64,000 nt of DNA, from assembly GCA_964016885.1 (NCBI GenBank), contig OZ024741.1, positions 324,818,001 through 324,882,000 of the forward strand. Reading direction: 5' to 3'. This stretch comes from Eledone cirrhosa (Eukaryota). The notes beneath the pieces are model-generated. The model was not told the origin of the DNA. It ran no database searches and worked only from the letters and a program-made list of their open reading frames with translations. The translations under genes and the position numbers were made by a program. Positions 1-13,647 of this stretch are shown one piece after another. Within the stretch, counting starts at the first letter, position 1; each line of letters starts with the position of its first letter.

Positions 1-44
1 ATATATATATATATATATGATATATATATATATATATATATATA

Positions 45-126
<82 letters not shown>

Positions 127-193
127 TATATATAATATATATGATATATAAATGATATATATAATATATATGGTATATATATATATTATATAT

Positions 194-238
<45 letters not shown>

Positions 239-240
239 TA
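1..240. repeat. (TA)n microsatellite, imperfect
   Basis: Direct reading of the sequence. Confidence 0.95.
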
Positions 241-679
241 GATATATTTGATAGGAGAAAGAATGTTTATAAATATTTCATTTCCTTTGTAGGGTGTTTT
301 TTGTTTGTCTTTTTCTTTTTCCTGTGTGATATCACAATTTTATAGTGTTTCTCTCTCTCATACCATTGTAACCAAGTGGAGATATCACATGATATTATTA
401 TAATATAATAGAAATGGCATGTAGTTTTAGAAACCATGCCAAATCAGGAACATATGTGGCCCCTACCCTTCTGGGGTAGACAGTAATTCTGATAAAGTAC
501 AGACTTCGTCTGTAACGACCCATCAAACCCATGCCAGTATGGAAAAACAGACGTTAAATAATGATGATGATAAGGAGGAGAATGATGTTGATGAATATCA
601 TATGATATTATCATATACTAATTTTTGGAATATCACATTATCACAATATAATATAATAGATATCATATATATTATAATA

Positions 680-988
680 CAGTAAAACCTGGGTCCACGA
701 ATGCCTCTAATCATGAACAAATCAGTTTATGAACAATTTTTTCAAACATAAAACATCTCAGTTCATGAACAGTGTCTCGAGTAACACACAAGCCAGCAAC
801 AATGGCAAAGTGTCACTTGTTGTGTAGTTAGTTACTATGATGATGTCTACCTGTCATTCACACAGTCTCACTCTTGCTGTATTTCTCTCTCAACATTTTG
901 TATGGTAAAAATAGTTTCAGTTAATGAACATTTCAAGTGACGAACATCCTTCAGGGATGAATTAACTTCGTGAACCGAGCTTCCACTG
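680..988. mobile_element. Tc1/mariner-pogo (Tigger-like) MITE
   Basis: TA|CAGTAAAACCTGGGTCCACGAA ... TTCGTGAACCGAGCTTCCACTG|TA: imperfect ~22-bp TIRs starting CAGT, TA target duplication. Confidence 0.75.
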
Positions 989-1249
989 TATATGGAATAT
1001 CACATATTATCATATAATGGATATCACAAATTATTATATTATAATATAATGGATAGCACAAATTATCATATTATAATATAATGGATATCTCATATTGTCA
1101 TATCATATGATCATAAAATAACATACTGAATATCATGATATTATTGTAATGTAATATATGGGATATCACATGATATAATATATTCCTGTGGTGCACACTC
1201 ACTCGCTCCCCTTGCAATATATCATCTTACTTTTTTTTTTATCAATGAT

Positions 1250-1925
1250 TTCCATGGAAACAAATCAAGTGACTAGTTATAAATGTAAAATGGTTTCCAA
1301 GGGAACAAAGCTGTCATGTGACCAGTTATAAATGTAAGACAGTTTCTATGGGAACAGAGTCATAAATGTAAGATGGTTTCTATAGGAACAGAGTCATAAA
1401 TGTAAGATGGTTTCTATGGGAACAGTCATAAATGTAAGATGGTTTCTATGAGAACAGTCATAAATGTAAGATGGTTTCTATGGGAACAGAGTCATAAATG
1501 TAAGATGGTTTCTATGAGAACAGTCATAAATGTAAGATGGTTTCTATGGGAACAGAGTCATAAAAGTACGATGGTTTCTATGAGAACAGTCATAAATGTA
1601 AGATGGTTTCTATGAGAACAGTCATAAATGTAAGATGGTTTCTATGAGAACAGTCATAAATGTACGATGGTTTCTATGAGAACAGTCATAAATGTAAGAT
1701 GGTTTCTATGAGAACAGTCATAAATGTAAGATGGTTTCTATGGAAAAAAAAGCTGTCATGTGATCAGTCAAACAAAATAGTTTCTATGGGAACAGAGGTA
1801 TCACATGACCAGTCATAAGTGTAATATGGTTTCTGTGGAAACAAAAATGATCACATGACCAGTCATAAGTGTAATATGGTTTCTATGGAAACACAAGTGA
1901 TCACGTGACCAGTTATAAATGTAAT
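1250..1925. repeat. ~29-31 bp minisatellite (AAATGTAAGATGGTTTCTATG(G/A)GAACAG(AG)TCAT)
   Basis: Near-identical core units 1340-1745, with longer degenerate units on both flanks. Confidence 0.9.
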
Positions 1926-3287
1926 AGGTGGAATAAAGACATAAAGCTATTGTATCATGATTAAAATATAAAAACAGGCAGGGAATTGGTAGAGTTGTTA
2001 GAATGTTAGATAGAATGGATTGTGGTATTCTCTGCACTCTGAATTAAAAACTCAAGATCAACTTTGCCTTTCATCCGTTCAAGATCAATAAAAAAAAAGT
2101 ACCAATCCAGATTCATCCTCTATATCTCTTCCTTTCTCTCCTTCTCTGGAAGAAATTGGCTGTATTCAGACCTGGAGAGGGGATGAGCTCTGTCAGGTTT
2201 TTAATAAATATGACCAAGACATGTATGTTACTACCACACTCTTGCAACTCCACCAGGAGGTCTTAAGAAAGATACTAAAAAAAAAGCAATGTTTGAGATA
2301 TGTTCACAAGAATTAATCTATGGTATCTTTCTTATTTTTCAATGGCTAGGTATAACTGTGAACTAGGTACATCTGTGAGCTAGGTATATTTATGAGCTAG
2401 GTACATCTGATTATTGGTCTTATTTGTGCCATAGTGATGAAATGAAATGAAATTTACATCCTATACCTCTATAGAGTTAGCTGGCCTCCAATGAGGTTGC
2501 ATTTCATAAGTTTTTCAGGTGTTTTAATGATTGAGGCAATGGTGTTGTTATTACAGCTCATATCTCTATAGGTTTGGCTGGTCCCCTCTAACGTTGCATC
2601 TCATAGGAGATTTTTTGAGGTGTATTAATGATAGGAGTCCCAGTGTTATTATAGCTCATATCTCAATAGATTTTGCTGGCCTTCTATGCGGTTGCAACTA
2701 TAGGAGTTTTTTTTTTTTTGGGGGGGGGGGTATTGATAGAGGCCCTAGTGTTGTTACACCTCACACCTAGATAAGTTACATCACATAGGACATTTTGGGG
2801 GGTATTTTAATGATAGGAACCCATATTCCTATCATGAAAATCAATGTGAAATGAAGTACCTTGCTCAAGAACATATCATACTACCCAATCCAGGAACAGA
2901 ACCTATTACCTTATAATCTTGAGTTGAACACACTAACCACTAATTTTCCTAAGATCTTCATAAGGTCTCTTAACCTAAACTCAAGATATTTAACTGACAG
3001 AACCATTACAGCATCAGATAGAATTAATTACAATATTTGTTTTTTTTTTCTTTTTTTTTTTGCATTTTGTTCAAATCCCGCTGTGGTCAACTTTGCCTTT
3101 CTAAACTAATCTAATTCATTTTCCCTAGCTGTTTGGACTGGCATTATGTGAGATGAAGTGCTTTGGTTTGGGAATCAAACATGAATTTATGATTATAAGT
3201 TCAACACTCTAGCCCTTAACCAGTAAGTCACAGACCTTCATATTCTATATGTACCTTACTTTAATTATATGGTTTGGATTTTAAAAT

Positions 3288-3735
3288 TGAATGCTTTGGT
3301 TTAAATACTAGAAGCTACTCCTGGTATCTACAGCAAAGCAGATCCTACACATCACCAAGCTATGTAGTATCAACACCATTAATGTTCTGGTTTAAATACT
3401 AGGAACTAACACTGATATTTACAGCAAGTTAGATCCTACACATCACTAAGTTATGCAGGATCAATGTTCTGGGTTAAATACTTGGAGCTACACCTGATAT
3501 CTACAAGGCAGACTCTACTCATGACCAAGCTATGTAGTATCAACAGCATTAATCCTTTGGTTTAAATACTAGCAGCTACCCTTGGTATCTACAGCAAAAC
3601 AGACCTCTCACATCACAAAGCTATGCAGCATCAACAGCATTAATGCTCTGGTTTAAGTACTAGGAGCTACCCCTTAATATCTATAGCAAGGCAGACCCTA
3701 CACATCACCAAGATATGTAGCATCAACAACATTAA
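3288..3735. repeat. ~90 bp tandem repeat, about 5 units
   Basis: Recurring TGGTTTAAATACTAG...ATCTACAGCAA...CACATCACCAAGCTATGTAGTATCAAC. Confidence 0.85.
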
Positions 3736-5204
3736 TCTTACGAGTCTTGGAGGGTTTGCAATGGTCATAGGTACAGACCCTTCAAGACCTAGCATAGAAA
3801 AAACACTATTCTATACCCAGAGGAAGAACCAAACTTAGTACAGTGAGCTTACAAAACCATTTCTGAATTTTTGGGGGGGTGATTTACATGATAAGCTCAT
3901 TCAGGACACTTTGTAAAGTAATTGGTGATAGGAAAGGCATCCAACCATAGAAAACCTGTCAAACAAAGGGTCAGGAGGATTCTTTAGTTGTGTCAAAGAT
4001 GTGACAATTTCCCTAGTGTTGGGGCCATGATGAAGTGAATTCAGTAAAGCAGAGGATCATATGTTGGGCCCATGACCTGTTGGAACAATCGATTATGGGA
4101 ACGTATGTAAGTGGGATGTGTGCCACCCCCTGCGCTCCTGGAGGTCAGAGTCTCTGCTTCAATACTGACTGATCTGTGACAACACATCTAACCTTTGCTA
4201 GCAGGGAAAATGGATGTTAAACAATTATGATGACGATGATTTATAATGCTGTTGTTATTTACAGTGGTAGAGTTATTCTTAATCCTATTTACATCTAGAT
4301 GAACTAATCTACTTGAGAGTTATGTGTCTGACCTACAGACACAAACAAGTGCTAGAGCCAGGACTCAAACAGCTGATCTCTTGGTTGGTTGTCCAGTACA
4401 TCTATCAACTGGGTTATCTATGAACAGCAAATGCAACTGGAAAAACATACAGTGAGCATTTTAATGACATTCCCCCACTGCTAAAGCAGTTGGCTTTGCA
4501 GGCCCCTTGACAGTTTTCATATTCATCATGGGGTTCTTTTTGAGACAATTTTTTGACAACCAGATGCTCTTCCTGATGCCAACCCTTTTTATCACCTTTT
4601 ACGACATATAGGGATACAGTGTACCTATTCTAACATAGATATAAAAACAAAATATTTTATCTATTTTTGACTCAGTAGAAGATTAACAAAGCCCAATTTT
4701 TATAAGGATGAAAATGAAAATGAAATTTACAGCCAGCTCACACCTATGCAAGTTTAACTGGTCTCCTGTGAGGTTGCATCACATATGATATTCCTTGGGT
4801 GTTTTAATGACTGGAGCCGCAGTCCTGTCATGAAAAACAACAGTAAACACAGTACTTTGCTAAAAAAAAACACAACACACCACCTGGTCCAGGAACTGAA
4901 GCCATGACCTAAGTCCACATGCCTTTTAAGAGTATGAAAAGTAAAATATAAAGATACGACCCTGATTCTGGCATGATTTGAACCTTGAAATGTTAGATAC
5001 AACAAAACAGTTAATACCCCACCACAGATCCACAAACAGAAGTTTCATTGGGCAAGGTCTTCAAGAATCATTTTGCTTTCTTTCATTTATCATGAAGAGG
5101 AGGTGTATGGTTGATTGAATTAATCCCCCAAAACCAACCCCCTGGCATATCACTCGTATATATTTATGGTAGCAGGGATTTGATGAGTGGGGTACTAAAC
5201 TAGA

Positions 5205-5900
5205 TACAGTCAAGCCTCCAATCTGTACTAATGTAGAAATGTGATATAGTGTAATATAACATAATGACATTGTTGTGCCTGGCTCCTTCAAAGCCTCCAA
5301 TCTGAATTAATGTAACATAAGATTTCTTTCTGTCTCTGGCTCCTGTAAAGCCTCCAGGCCATAGTGGTGTGGTATAACGTTGAACATTGTACATGGTTTG
5401 CTGGTCACTGCTTCCACACAAAATATGAGATGGTTTCAGACCTCTTGTTGTGGGAGATATCCTCTACCAGAAAACTCAGATACCAGGGTACCATAGCAAG
5501 AGACACTGGAATTGACAAAGATGACCAACAAACCTTGATGGGAAATAGAGACTGTTGGCATGAAGTTGAGCTTGCTGCCTTGTCTAAGAGCGATTGATAA
5601 GATAAGGATAAGTAGTATAAGGTTTTTGCTGTCTAACTCCTCCAAAGTCTCCAGTCTGTACTAATGTAGTATAATATAACATAATGTTTTTGTTGAGCCT
5701 GGCTCCTTGAAAGTCTCCTGTTTGTACTAATGTAACATAAACTGTTGTTTTTTTTCTTCTCTATCTGACTCCTTCAAAGCCTTCAGGCCATAGTAGTGTA
5801 ATATATTATGTCTTTGCTGTCCTCAGCTCGTTCAAAGCTTCCGGTCTGTACTCAAGTAATTTTACATAAAGTCTTTGTTGTCCCCAGCTCCTTCAAAGGA
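5205..5900. repeat. Degenerate ~60 bp tandem repeat downstream of the ZNF gene
   Basis: Recurring GGCTCCTTCAAAGCCTCC and CTGTACTAATGTA motifs. Confidence 0.6.
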
Positions 5901-6097
5901 ATGATAAAATGGTAAGAAACTCTCAGGAGAGCTGAACAGCAGAAGGTCTTCAGAGAAGAAACCCTGCTCAAGCAAGTGGTTCGGCCTTTAAATAAACCAA
6001 CAATAATAACAGTTGCCTAGTTATAAATGATCCTTAGTCGTGATCCCAGATATAAATTGTTAAAGTCTTTTCTTTAAAACCAAATAAAAGTGAACAT

Positions 6098-7459
6098 TTA
6101 AACAATGTGTGATTCAAGATGAATCTTTAGATGAAAGTAATCATAAAAATCCTGGCTGCAGATCTGACAATGGAGAATGTTTTCCATCGTGTGTGTTTTG
6201 ACGTGTTTCTTTAACAGGCTTTTCTCTGAATACTGCTTCTCACAAATGTCACACTGGTAAGGTTTCTCTCCTGTGTGTATTCGTATGTGTCGTTTCAGGT
6301 GATAGTTGTCAGAAAACCCCTTCCCACACAACTCACAGAGGTAGGGCTTTTCTCCAGTGTGTGTTCTAATATGTCTTTTTAAGTGGAAATTTTCAGAAAA
6401 GGTTTTCTCACAGACTTTGCATTGCAAATTCTTCTCTCTTAAATGCATTCTCATGTGTCCTTGTAAGTGGAAGTTTTGGACAAATTCCTTGTCACATATT
6501 TGACAGCTAAATGGTTTCTCACCACTGTGTATTCTCATGTGACCTTTCAGTTGGAAATTCTGAGCAAATTCTTTGCCACATATATCACAAACAAAAGGTT
6601 TCTCACCTGTATGTCTCCTCATATGTATTTCCAAATTATTTTTCTGCAGAAAATCTTTCCCACAGACTTCACAGTGGAACTGTTTCACGGCTGTGTGTCT
6701 TCTCACATGCTTCCTTAAGAAGCTCTTGGAAGCAAACCCTTTACCACAAATGTCACAGGTAAAAGGTTTATCACCAGTGTGTGATTTGTTATGGACTTCT
6801 AAGCTGGATTTATGAGAAAAGTCTTTCCCACAGATATCACAATGAAAAGGTTTCACTCCTGAATGTGTTCTACAATGCATTTCCAACAAAGATTTAATAG
6901 AAAAACTCTTTCCACACACTCCACAAGGAAAAGGCTTCACACCCAAATGAGTCTTGATGTGTCTCGTTAAATGAGATTTATTATAAAATTTTTTATCACA
7001 TTTTTCACAGCCGAAAGGTTTGTCTCCGGTATGTGTCCTGATGTGTGTGACAAGCTGGGGCTTCGTTGTGAAGTCTTTACCACAAATATCACAATGGTAA
7101 GGTTTCAGCCCCAAGTGTATTGCAATGTGTCGTTTCAGGTGATAATTTGTTGCAAAATCTTTTGTGCACATCTTGCAGCAAAACGGCTTCTCCCCATTGT
7201 GTCTCCTCATGTGCATATCAAACTGAGCCTGCACCGTAAAGTTCTTGCCACATTCCTCACAGTGATGAACTTTCCGAGTCGCATGAGTCTCAACATGTCT
7301 TTTAAGATGGGCATTTTTAGCATACTCCTTGCCACAGATCTCACATTGGTAGGGTTTTGCTCCAGTATGAGTTTTCATATGGACTCTCAGATAGATCTTC
7401 TGAGAGAATTCCTTCTTGCATATTTCACATCTGGACTGTCTGGCACCATTTGCTTGCAT
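6098..7459 (-). CDS. C2H2 zinc-finger protein, 453 aa, 16 tandem fingers, no effector domain
   Basis: Intact ORF with 16 CxxC-x12-HxxxH units and TGEKPF/Y linkers; GCCATC-ATG Kozak-like start with an in-frame TAG just upstream. Confidence 0.93.
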   Translation of the reverse strand: MQANGARQSRCEICKKEFSQKIYLRVHMKTHTGAKPYQCEICGKEYAKNAHLKRHVETHATRKVHHCEECGKNFTVQAQFDMHMRRHNGEKPFCCKMCTKDFATNYHLKRHIAIHLGLKPYHCDICGKDFTTKPQLVTHIRTHTGDKPFGCEKCDKKFYNKSHLTRHIKTHLGVKPFPCGVCGKSFSIKSLLEMHCRTHSGVKPFHCDICGKDFSHKSSLEVHNKSHTGDKPFTCDICGKGFASKSFLRKHVRRHTAVKQFHCEVCGKDFLQKNNLEIHMRRHTGEKPFVCDICGKEFAQNFQLKGHMRIHSGEKPFSCQICDKEFVQNFHLQGHMRMHLREKNLQCKVCEKTFSENFHLKRHIRTHTGEKPYLCELCGKGFSDNYHLKRHIRIHTGEKPYQCDICEKQYSEKSLLKKHVKTHTMENILHCQICSQDFYDYFHLKIHLESHIV

Positions 7460-7563
7460 GATGGCAGGCTATTTTTTTTTCACGATAATAGAACTATCTA
7501 TATTTATATCTATCTATATATATTTTATATATGTATAAATGTATATATAAATATATATATTTT

Positions 7564-7606
<43 letters not shown>

Positions 7607-8303
7607 CTCCTCTCTTCTTTTTTACTCTCCTATATTTTCCTTTTTCTTCTCTCCCCCAAACATTCCTTCTGTTTTTATCTTTCAATGAAGGACTAGTGCC
7701 TGAAACGTTAAGACTATTTTGCAACTAATATACCATTGTTGTATTGTTCTCTTGTATTGTTTTGTCTTACTGACCTTTCTTTATATATATATATATATAT
7801 ATAAATTTTTCAAAAGGAACAAATTTTCAGAAATGAATGAAGCAGCACTGATTTTAAAAAAATCAACTTGTTTCAAAATATTTGTTGAGAATTCCCATCA
7901 CTGTGAGGAAAATAGCTGAGCAACAGCCTGTCCCTTCTGTGTACAATTGCATATATACTGTGCAACCAACATACAAAAGAAATGAACATGTGCACAAAAA
8001 TGCTCCTACCAAAACTTGCATCAGTTCAGAAGTGCTGCATCGTCCATAGACTCAGTGTATCATGAAAACTCTAAGGTAACGTACTTTATATAAAGTATAC
8101 ATACTTATTTAATATTTTTTCCATTTCTTGAAGCTGATATTGACGCCAAAACTATGTTAAAATTTCCAAGTTTATACGCACTTAAGAATTGAGTGCATGC
8201 ATATATTTGTTGTTGTTGCTGCAGCTGAAGTGAAAATATGCACATCGTAACAATGTCATGCAGATTGTAACAAATCTGTGACCATGCACATAAAGCAATA
8301 AAC

Positions 8304-8488
8304 CTGAAGAGGCACAAATCTGAATTTTGCTAAGTGGTTCTGTCAGTATGGAATTGGTGTTAACCAACACTGACTCCATGGAAATGCTGGAAAACACCAT
8401 AGTGCAACTTTTCCCACATGATTGCTGTTGCCTGGCAAACAATGCACCAAACTCTGGAGACTGTCTGTCACCATGGAAACGATTATTC
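8304..8488 (-). other. Candidate upstream (5' UTR) exon of the ZNF gene
   Basis: ATTTATTTTCAG acceptor and CAG|GTTTAT donor bracket a non-repetitive 185 bp block; no transcript evidence. Confidence 0.3.
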
Positions 8489-8739
8489 CTGAAAATAAAT
8501 GACAAAAACCATGATACCATTTGTCTATTTATCTATTCAACCTCCCACCAACTGCCAACAACCCAGTCTCTCTCTCTCTTTTTCCTCCATTACTCTCTCC
8601 CTTACAATCCTATAATTTTGTTTTCTTCGTCATATTCTCATCTCTTTCCCTCTCTTAGTCATCACTCGCCTTCTATTCTTGAAAGATGAGAAATTACAGA
8701 AGTCAAAGAAGTGGACAACACAACACCTCAAGTGTTGGT

Positions 8740-9190
8740 GTCATGATAAAATGTATTCAGTATACTCTATACAGTCCTCTATGCCCTGCAAACAACATAG
8801 AGAAGACTCTCCAATCATACCAAGTACTTGATAGGCTTTCTACTGCTGTTAATACCATAAAATGCATCCAGTACACGCTGTAAATTGGTAGTGTTGTTGA
8901 CACTATAAAATGCACCCAGTACACTCTGTAAAGTGGTAGTGCTGTTTACACCATAAAATGCACCCAGTTCACTCAGTAAAATGGTTATTGTTAGGAAATG
9001 TATCCAGTTGCAGAAACCATGCTAAAAATGAAAGGCAGGGGCAAGATGTGGTCTCCTGACTTATCTAGGAGGGCATTTACTCCAAATAAGAACTTACTTG
9101 GACTATAACAACCTATCCAACCCAAACCAGCTTGAAAATAGACAGATGGTGGTGGTGGTGATGGTGATGGTGATGGTGATGGTGGTGGTG
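8740..9190 (+). mobile_element. SINE 3' part with an internally amplified segment and (GTGATG)n tail
   Basis: Repeated CCATAAAATGCACCCAGTACACTCTGTAAAGTGG, followed by GTTAGGAA..ATCCAG..GAAACCATGC as in other copies (44250, 49080). Confidence 0.6.
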
Positions 9191-9379
9191 ATGGTATCTA
9201 CAGTAAATATCAATCAGCATCAGGTGTCTGTATTCCTAAATGAATACATAGCCGCTACACTGGATTTTCAAGTCAATAGTTACTCTACATGTCAATTGAC
9301 ACAACTAAATAGCCTATCTATTCATTTGACATCTACACTGTAAACACGGGTATGCACTGAGTCTGTCTTTCTATTCAAT

Positions 9380-9930
9380 AACCACACACTTTCTATCTAT
9401 CCAGTCAACAGCTATACACTGTGTCTATCTATACAGTCACTTTCTAAACATTGTCTGCCTGTCAATACAATCAACATCAATACAGTGTCTATAACAACAC
9501 ACTGAGTTTATATATCTAGACATCTACATACTGTGTCTATCTGTTCAGTCAATATATCCAGTCATCTACACACTATATATACAATCAACATCTACGCACT
9601 GTGTTTATATATCCAGTCATCTACACACTATATATACAGTCAACATCTACGCACTGTGTTTATATATCCAGTCAACTTCTACACGGTGTCTATATACCCA
9701 GTCAACATCAACATTATATCTATATATACCCAATAAATATCGATACACTGTGTCAACACTTACACGCTGTGTTTCAACACAAAACACACTGTCTATATAC
9801 CCAGTCAACATCTACACACCGTGTTTATATACCCAAATAACATCAACACGGTGTCATCATCTATACTCAGTCAACATCTACATATGTTTGTCTATTCAAT
9901 CAACATTAAAACATTGTCCATCCAGTCTAA
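9380..9930. repeat. Degenerate ~30 bp minisatellite (TATATCCAGTCAACATCTACACACTGTGTC)
   Basis: Recurring CAGTCAACATCTAC motif. Confidence 0.75.
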
Positions 9931-10804
9931 ATCCACAGCTTATCCACTAGTCACCATCGATACCCACAAAATTACTCTATCATATACCAAACCACACATA
10001 TATGTACATCGATGGTCAAGTAGTTAAATAGTTCACTTGGCAACCATAAGGTCCGAGATTATATTCCAGTGTATGGCATGTATCACCATAGCTTTGGATC
10101 AAACTGCTGTGAATGAAATAAAGTAGACGGAAATGTTATGGAAAGCTCGTCTGTTATTCAAACAGCTTTACGTTGACCGTCCTTTGTATTATGTTAAAGA
10201 TACAAGTGTCTGTGGTATACTCAACCACATAAAAACTATAATCCAATGAGTAGACAGACAGTTCCGTTGATCGATCAACAGGAATACTCCTCGTCGAAAA
10301 CCGATGGAGTTCCATTTGATTTAAAACTGGGTCTGGAATGTTGTATTTCGTAGTGCCGTAATATTTTCTTTTTTTCTGAATCAGGCGTCTTACTGTTTGT
10401 TATACCTTCATTCTATTATCAAACATTATCAAATTTTTTTTATCGTACAACTACAACCTGGTTACACATAAATCTATATATAATTATCATCGCAACTACG
10501 ACTACTGCCCTTACAATTAATAACTAAGCTTCATCACACGATATCTCGAGAGCTGGTTCCCCAAATTTCAAGCAATATATAAATGCATAAATAAATAAAC
10601 GAAAAAACATTGGATCTAGCAGATTTGCTTGTGACTTTTAGTCTACTTACATTGAAAACCTTTCTGTTGTATTGCAAGATATTTCTACACTTGTTAGAGT
10701 CGGCATTCAATAACAAGAAAGAAAGAAAAAACAAACCATCACAGCAACAAGGGAGACAACTGGATAACAACAATCGTTTCGTTTCATTTCAACACAGGGA
10801 ATGG

Positions 10805-11160
10805 AATTGGATGGAGCTCCGTCTGTTTCGACGACGACTGTTACATTTGTTCGATCAGTGGAACAGCCTGCTCGTATTATTAACGTGTAAAAGAGCCTAA
10901 GTATTCCATAGAAATGTGTACGCCTAACGCGATTCTCAGGGAGATTAACTGTGACATATTAAGTGTGAAACTGCTTGCCCTTTGAATTACAGTTAAAATC
11001 CATCCGATGAGCTTTCCAAAACGTTTCTGACAAGCTAATTTGACACACATGGTTTGGGTGAGCCTGAGGCTATGGTAAATGACACTGGCCCAAGATGTCA
11101 TGCAGCGAGATCGAATCCGGTACCTTACGACTGCGAAGCAAACTTCTTTACCATTCTGTC
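10805..11160 (-). mobile_element. tRNA-derived SINE, CORE-like family (related copies near 10030-10315, 16205-16560, 48575-48800, 56450-56760, 57505-57800)
   Basis: Shared body TGTAATTCAAAGGG..CTTGTCAC..CCCTGAGAA..CAGCCACTTGCACGTTAATTTC..GATCAACTGGAA seen in several copies. Confidence 0.65.
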
Positions 11161-11209
11161 ATGCAGCGACCACACACAAACACAAACACACACACACAAA
11201 CACACACAC

Positions 11210-11720
11210 TCCTGACTCTAATGTTCTGTTCCGCCGAGGAAATAATTTTGAAAAACCAATTGCATTGGTCTGGACATATTGTCCACATAACTTGTTCGGG
11301 GGAAAAGAAAACTGAGTAAGCCAAAGAAAAGGTTCAAGGATGCATTGAAGAACTTAAAGAATGTAGGAATTGACCCCAGAAACCAGGAAAGTTTCGTTGT
11401 GGATCGTTCTACCTGGCGTTCAAAAATATCGGATAGTGTGAAAACCTTTGAGCAAAACAGGCTAATGCAAGTAAATATTAAAAGGAATATAAGAAGGGAA
11501 AAAACCCAGTAAGAGAACATGAAATTAATGGAACTTTCTCTACTTGTACAGTTTATGGCAGAATCTGTCTGTCAGTCCTAACTTTCACATAAAAGCACAC
11601 TAGGGTACTCCCTACTGACTATAGAATATACAAACCAGTTCACCCTTACCAATGCCACATATGCCTCAAGAAATGCAAATCTCAAGGAGGTCTAAAGAGA
11701 AGTTCATCAAGATACACAGG
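11210..11720 (+). pseudogene. RTE-clade LINE 3' fragment
   Basis: Broken translation NQLHWSGHIVH...KPKKRFKDALKNLK..GIDP...DRSTWR, typical of the RTE ORF C-terminus. Confidence 0.75.
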
Positions 11721-12109
11721 CAGTCAAAGCTGCACCAAAACTAATATGCAATTTATGTGGACGCTTTTTTTAAAGTATGCCTCGTCTAAAAAACCACATA
11801 AGATATCATGCCAGTACTGACCATCATGTACACTGGAGTGGTCAAGCTTTGTATTGAACAGACAACCAGTATACGTACATATATACGTTGGATTTTGACT
11901 AACAGAAGAAAAAGTACTTAATACCATAATAAAGTGTAGTATTTTATTAATTAGGCTTATCTAGTAGCCTATTACTCAGGACTTGTCCTGGTACTATTTT
12001 TATTGTTGTGGCGATTAAAAGAATTGGTTTAATAATAAACCTCTCAGCCTCAGTGCATCTAGTATCAGGATAACGAAGTCTGGGAACCGAAGTGTAGTCA
12101 TATAGTATA

Positions 12110-12275
12110 TATCAGCTAAGGTGACGCAGACTAACAGATTGTTGACTGTTGAAAGCCAGAGGTGTGTTTTCACTACTCCGCTAAGGTGACACTGACTAAC
12201 AAGCTACTGAGGGACAGGTGTGTTTTCACTGTTCATCTAAAGTAACACTGACTAATAGGCTGCTGAGGGCCAGAG
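12110..12275. repeat. ~55-65 bp tandem repeat, 3 units
   Basis: CTAAGGTGACACTGACTAA...AGGTGTGTTTTCACT recurs. Confidence 0.7.
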
Positions 12276-12472
12276 ACCCAACCCAAAAGCTAGATCTGCC
12301 TCTGCTGCGGGCAAAGCAATTGGTCCCCAACATACACAACCATAGCAACCGGGCTTATGATGGAATAGGCTATTACTAACGACTTCTTACACAGCTCTAA
12401 AAATCAATAGCTATAGTTTGGTCTGCGGCTGATGTCTGTGACATTACTAGTAATTATTACTGACCCTGTTGG

Positions 12473-12752
12473 CAGGACCAGACTTCCACCTGCTGAGGCC
12501 TTAAGCTATATGAAATTTGAGGCCCATCTCTAAAAAATTTTCGGGTAAAAGATTTTTTAATAATTATATATGATTATTATTTATTAATGATTACAAAAAT
12601 AAATTAGTTACAAAATGTTCCTTTTAACTAAATTTAGTCTTTAAGAATAAAAACTAATGATAAAATAAATATATATCGTTAAAAAATGAAGCCCCCGAGG
12701 GTGTATGGCCCTAAGTTATAGCTTATTTAGATTATAGGTAAGTGCAGCACTG
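12473..12752. mobile_element. hAT-type MITE
   Basis: CAGGACCAGACTT ... AAGTGCAGCACTG ends, internal GGCC(C/T)TAAG repeats, possible decayed 8-bp TSD CCTGTTGG / CCTGGAGG. Confidence 0.55.
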
Positions 12753-13574
12753 CCTGGAGGAATGAAAAAGGTAAAGTCTAGCGAGATTTACCAGACCACA
12801 TTATAATAATAGGTATAGTATTTACTCCGAAATACTACCATCGCATCTGTCAACGGTAGCAATAATTTCAATAGAATGCATACAATTTATGTATTATTTT
12901 ATATGGTGTTTAAAAAAGGAAGAAAAACTAAGAGAAGACACGCATAGTCAATCATACGACACAATAAAGGTCGCTGTAGTTTCCCCTCTAATAATTTTTG
13001 AGGTGAGCCAACATACTGGCAGCACTGCCGCTGGTGATAGCTAGGCTAAGATGTAGGAATAACCAAGCATCCTCGCGGGTATCACCTGATACGACGTCAA
13101 GACGAGTCGCCAACAATGACAAGAACCTCGCCGTCTCGAACGTCACATACCCTTAATTGTTGTTATTTAGCACAACTTATGAGCATCAAGGACATTCCAG
13201 TGGTGACCATCGCGACTTTTTTTGTTTTATCTTTTCTTATTTTATGTTGTCAAGGCGTAGTAAATTTATGACATTATCCAATGTGTAGAATCTTTCATGG
13301 AAAACGATATTACATGCTTTCAGTGACATTCAGCTGCTATTTCTAGCAGGTTGGGCGATCACACAGAGGCTTCCTCGTTACGTGAGACAGAAGAAAGCAT
13401 TCGTCACAGCAACGGTTTCGATTTCCTGTTGGAAACGCATCACTTTCTTACGAAGGTTTTTTTTTTTTTTCTGAGATGATATGAAGATAGCAACTTTCTA
13501 TTGTCATTCTCATATAAATAAATAAAACTTCACCGTCTGTAAGAATGTTTTTCTTTTTACGCAAGCAATGAATA

Positions 13575-13647
<73 letters not shown>

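Noticed and set aside
1250-1925. CRISPR-like periodicity
   Set aside because: No unique spacers, no cas genes, eukaryotic context; an ordinary minisatellite
6467-7696. Plus-strand ORFs overlapping the ZNF gene (up to 241 aa)
   Set aside because: Antisense shadows of the repetitive zinc-finger CDS, running into (TA)n
7678-7715. Hammerhead-like TCAATGA-AGG..CCT-GAAACGTT upstream of the ZNF CDS
   Set aside because: Core deviates at three conserved positions; at most a dead Penelope-end remnant
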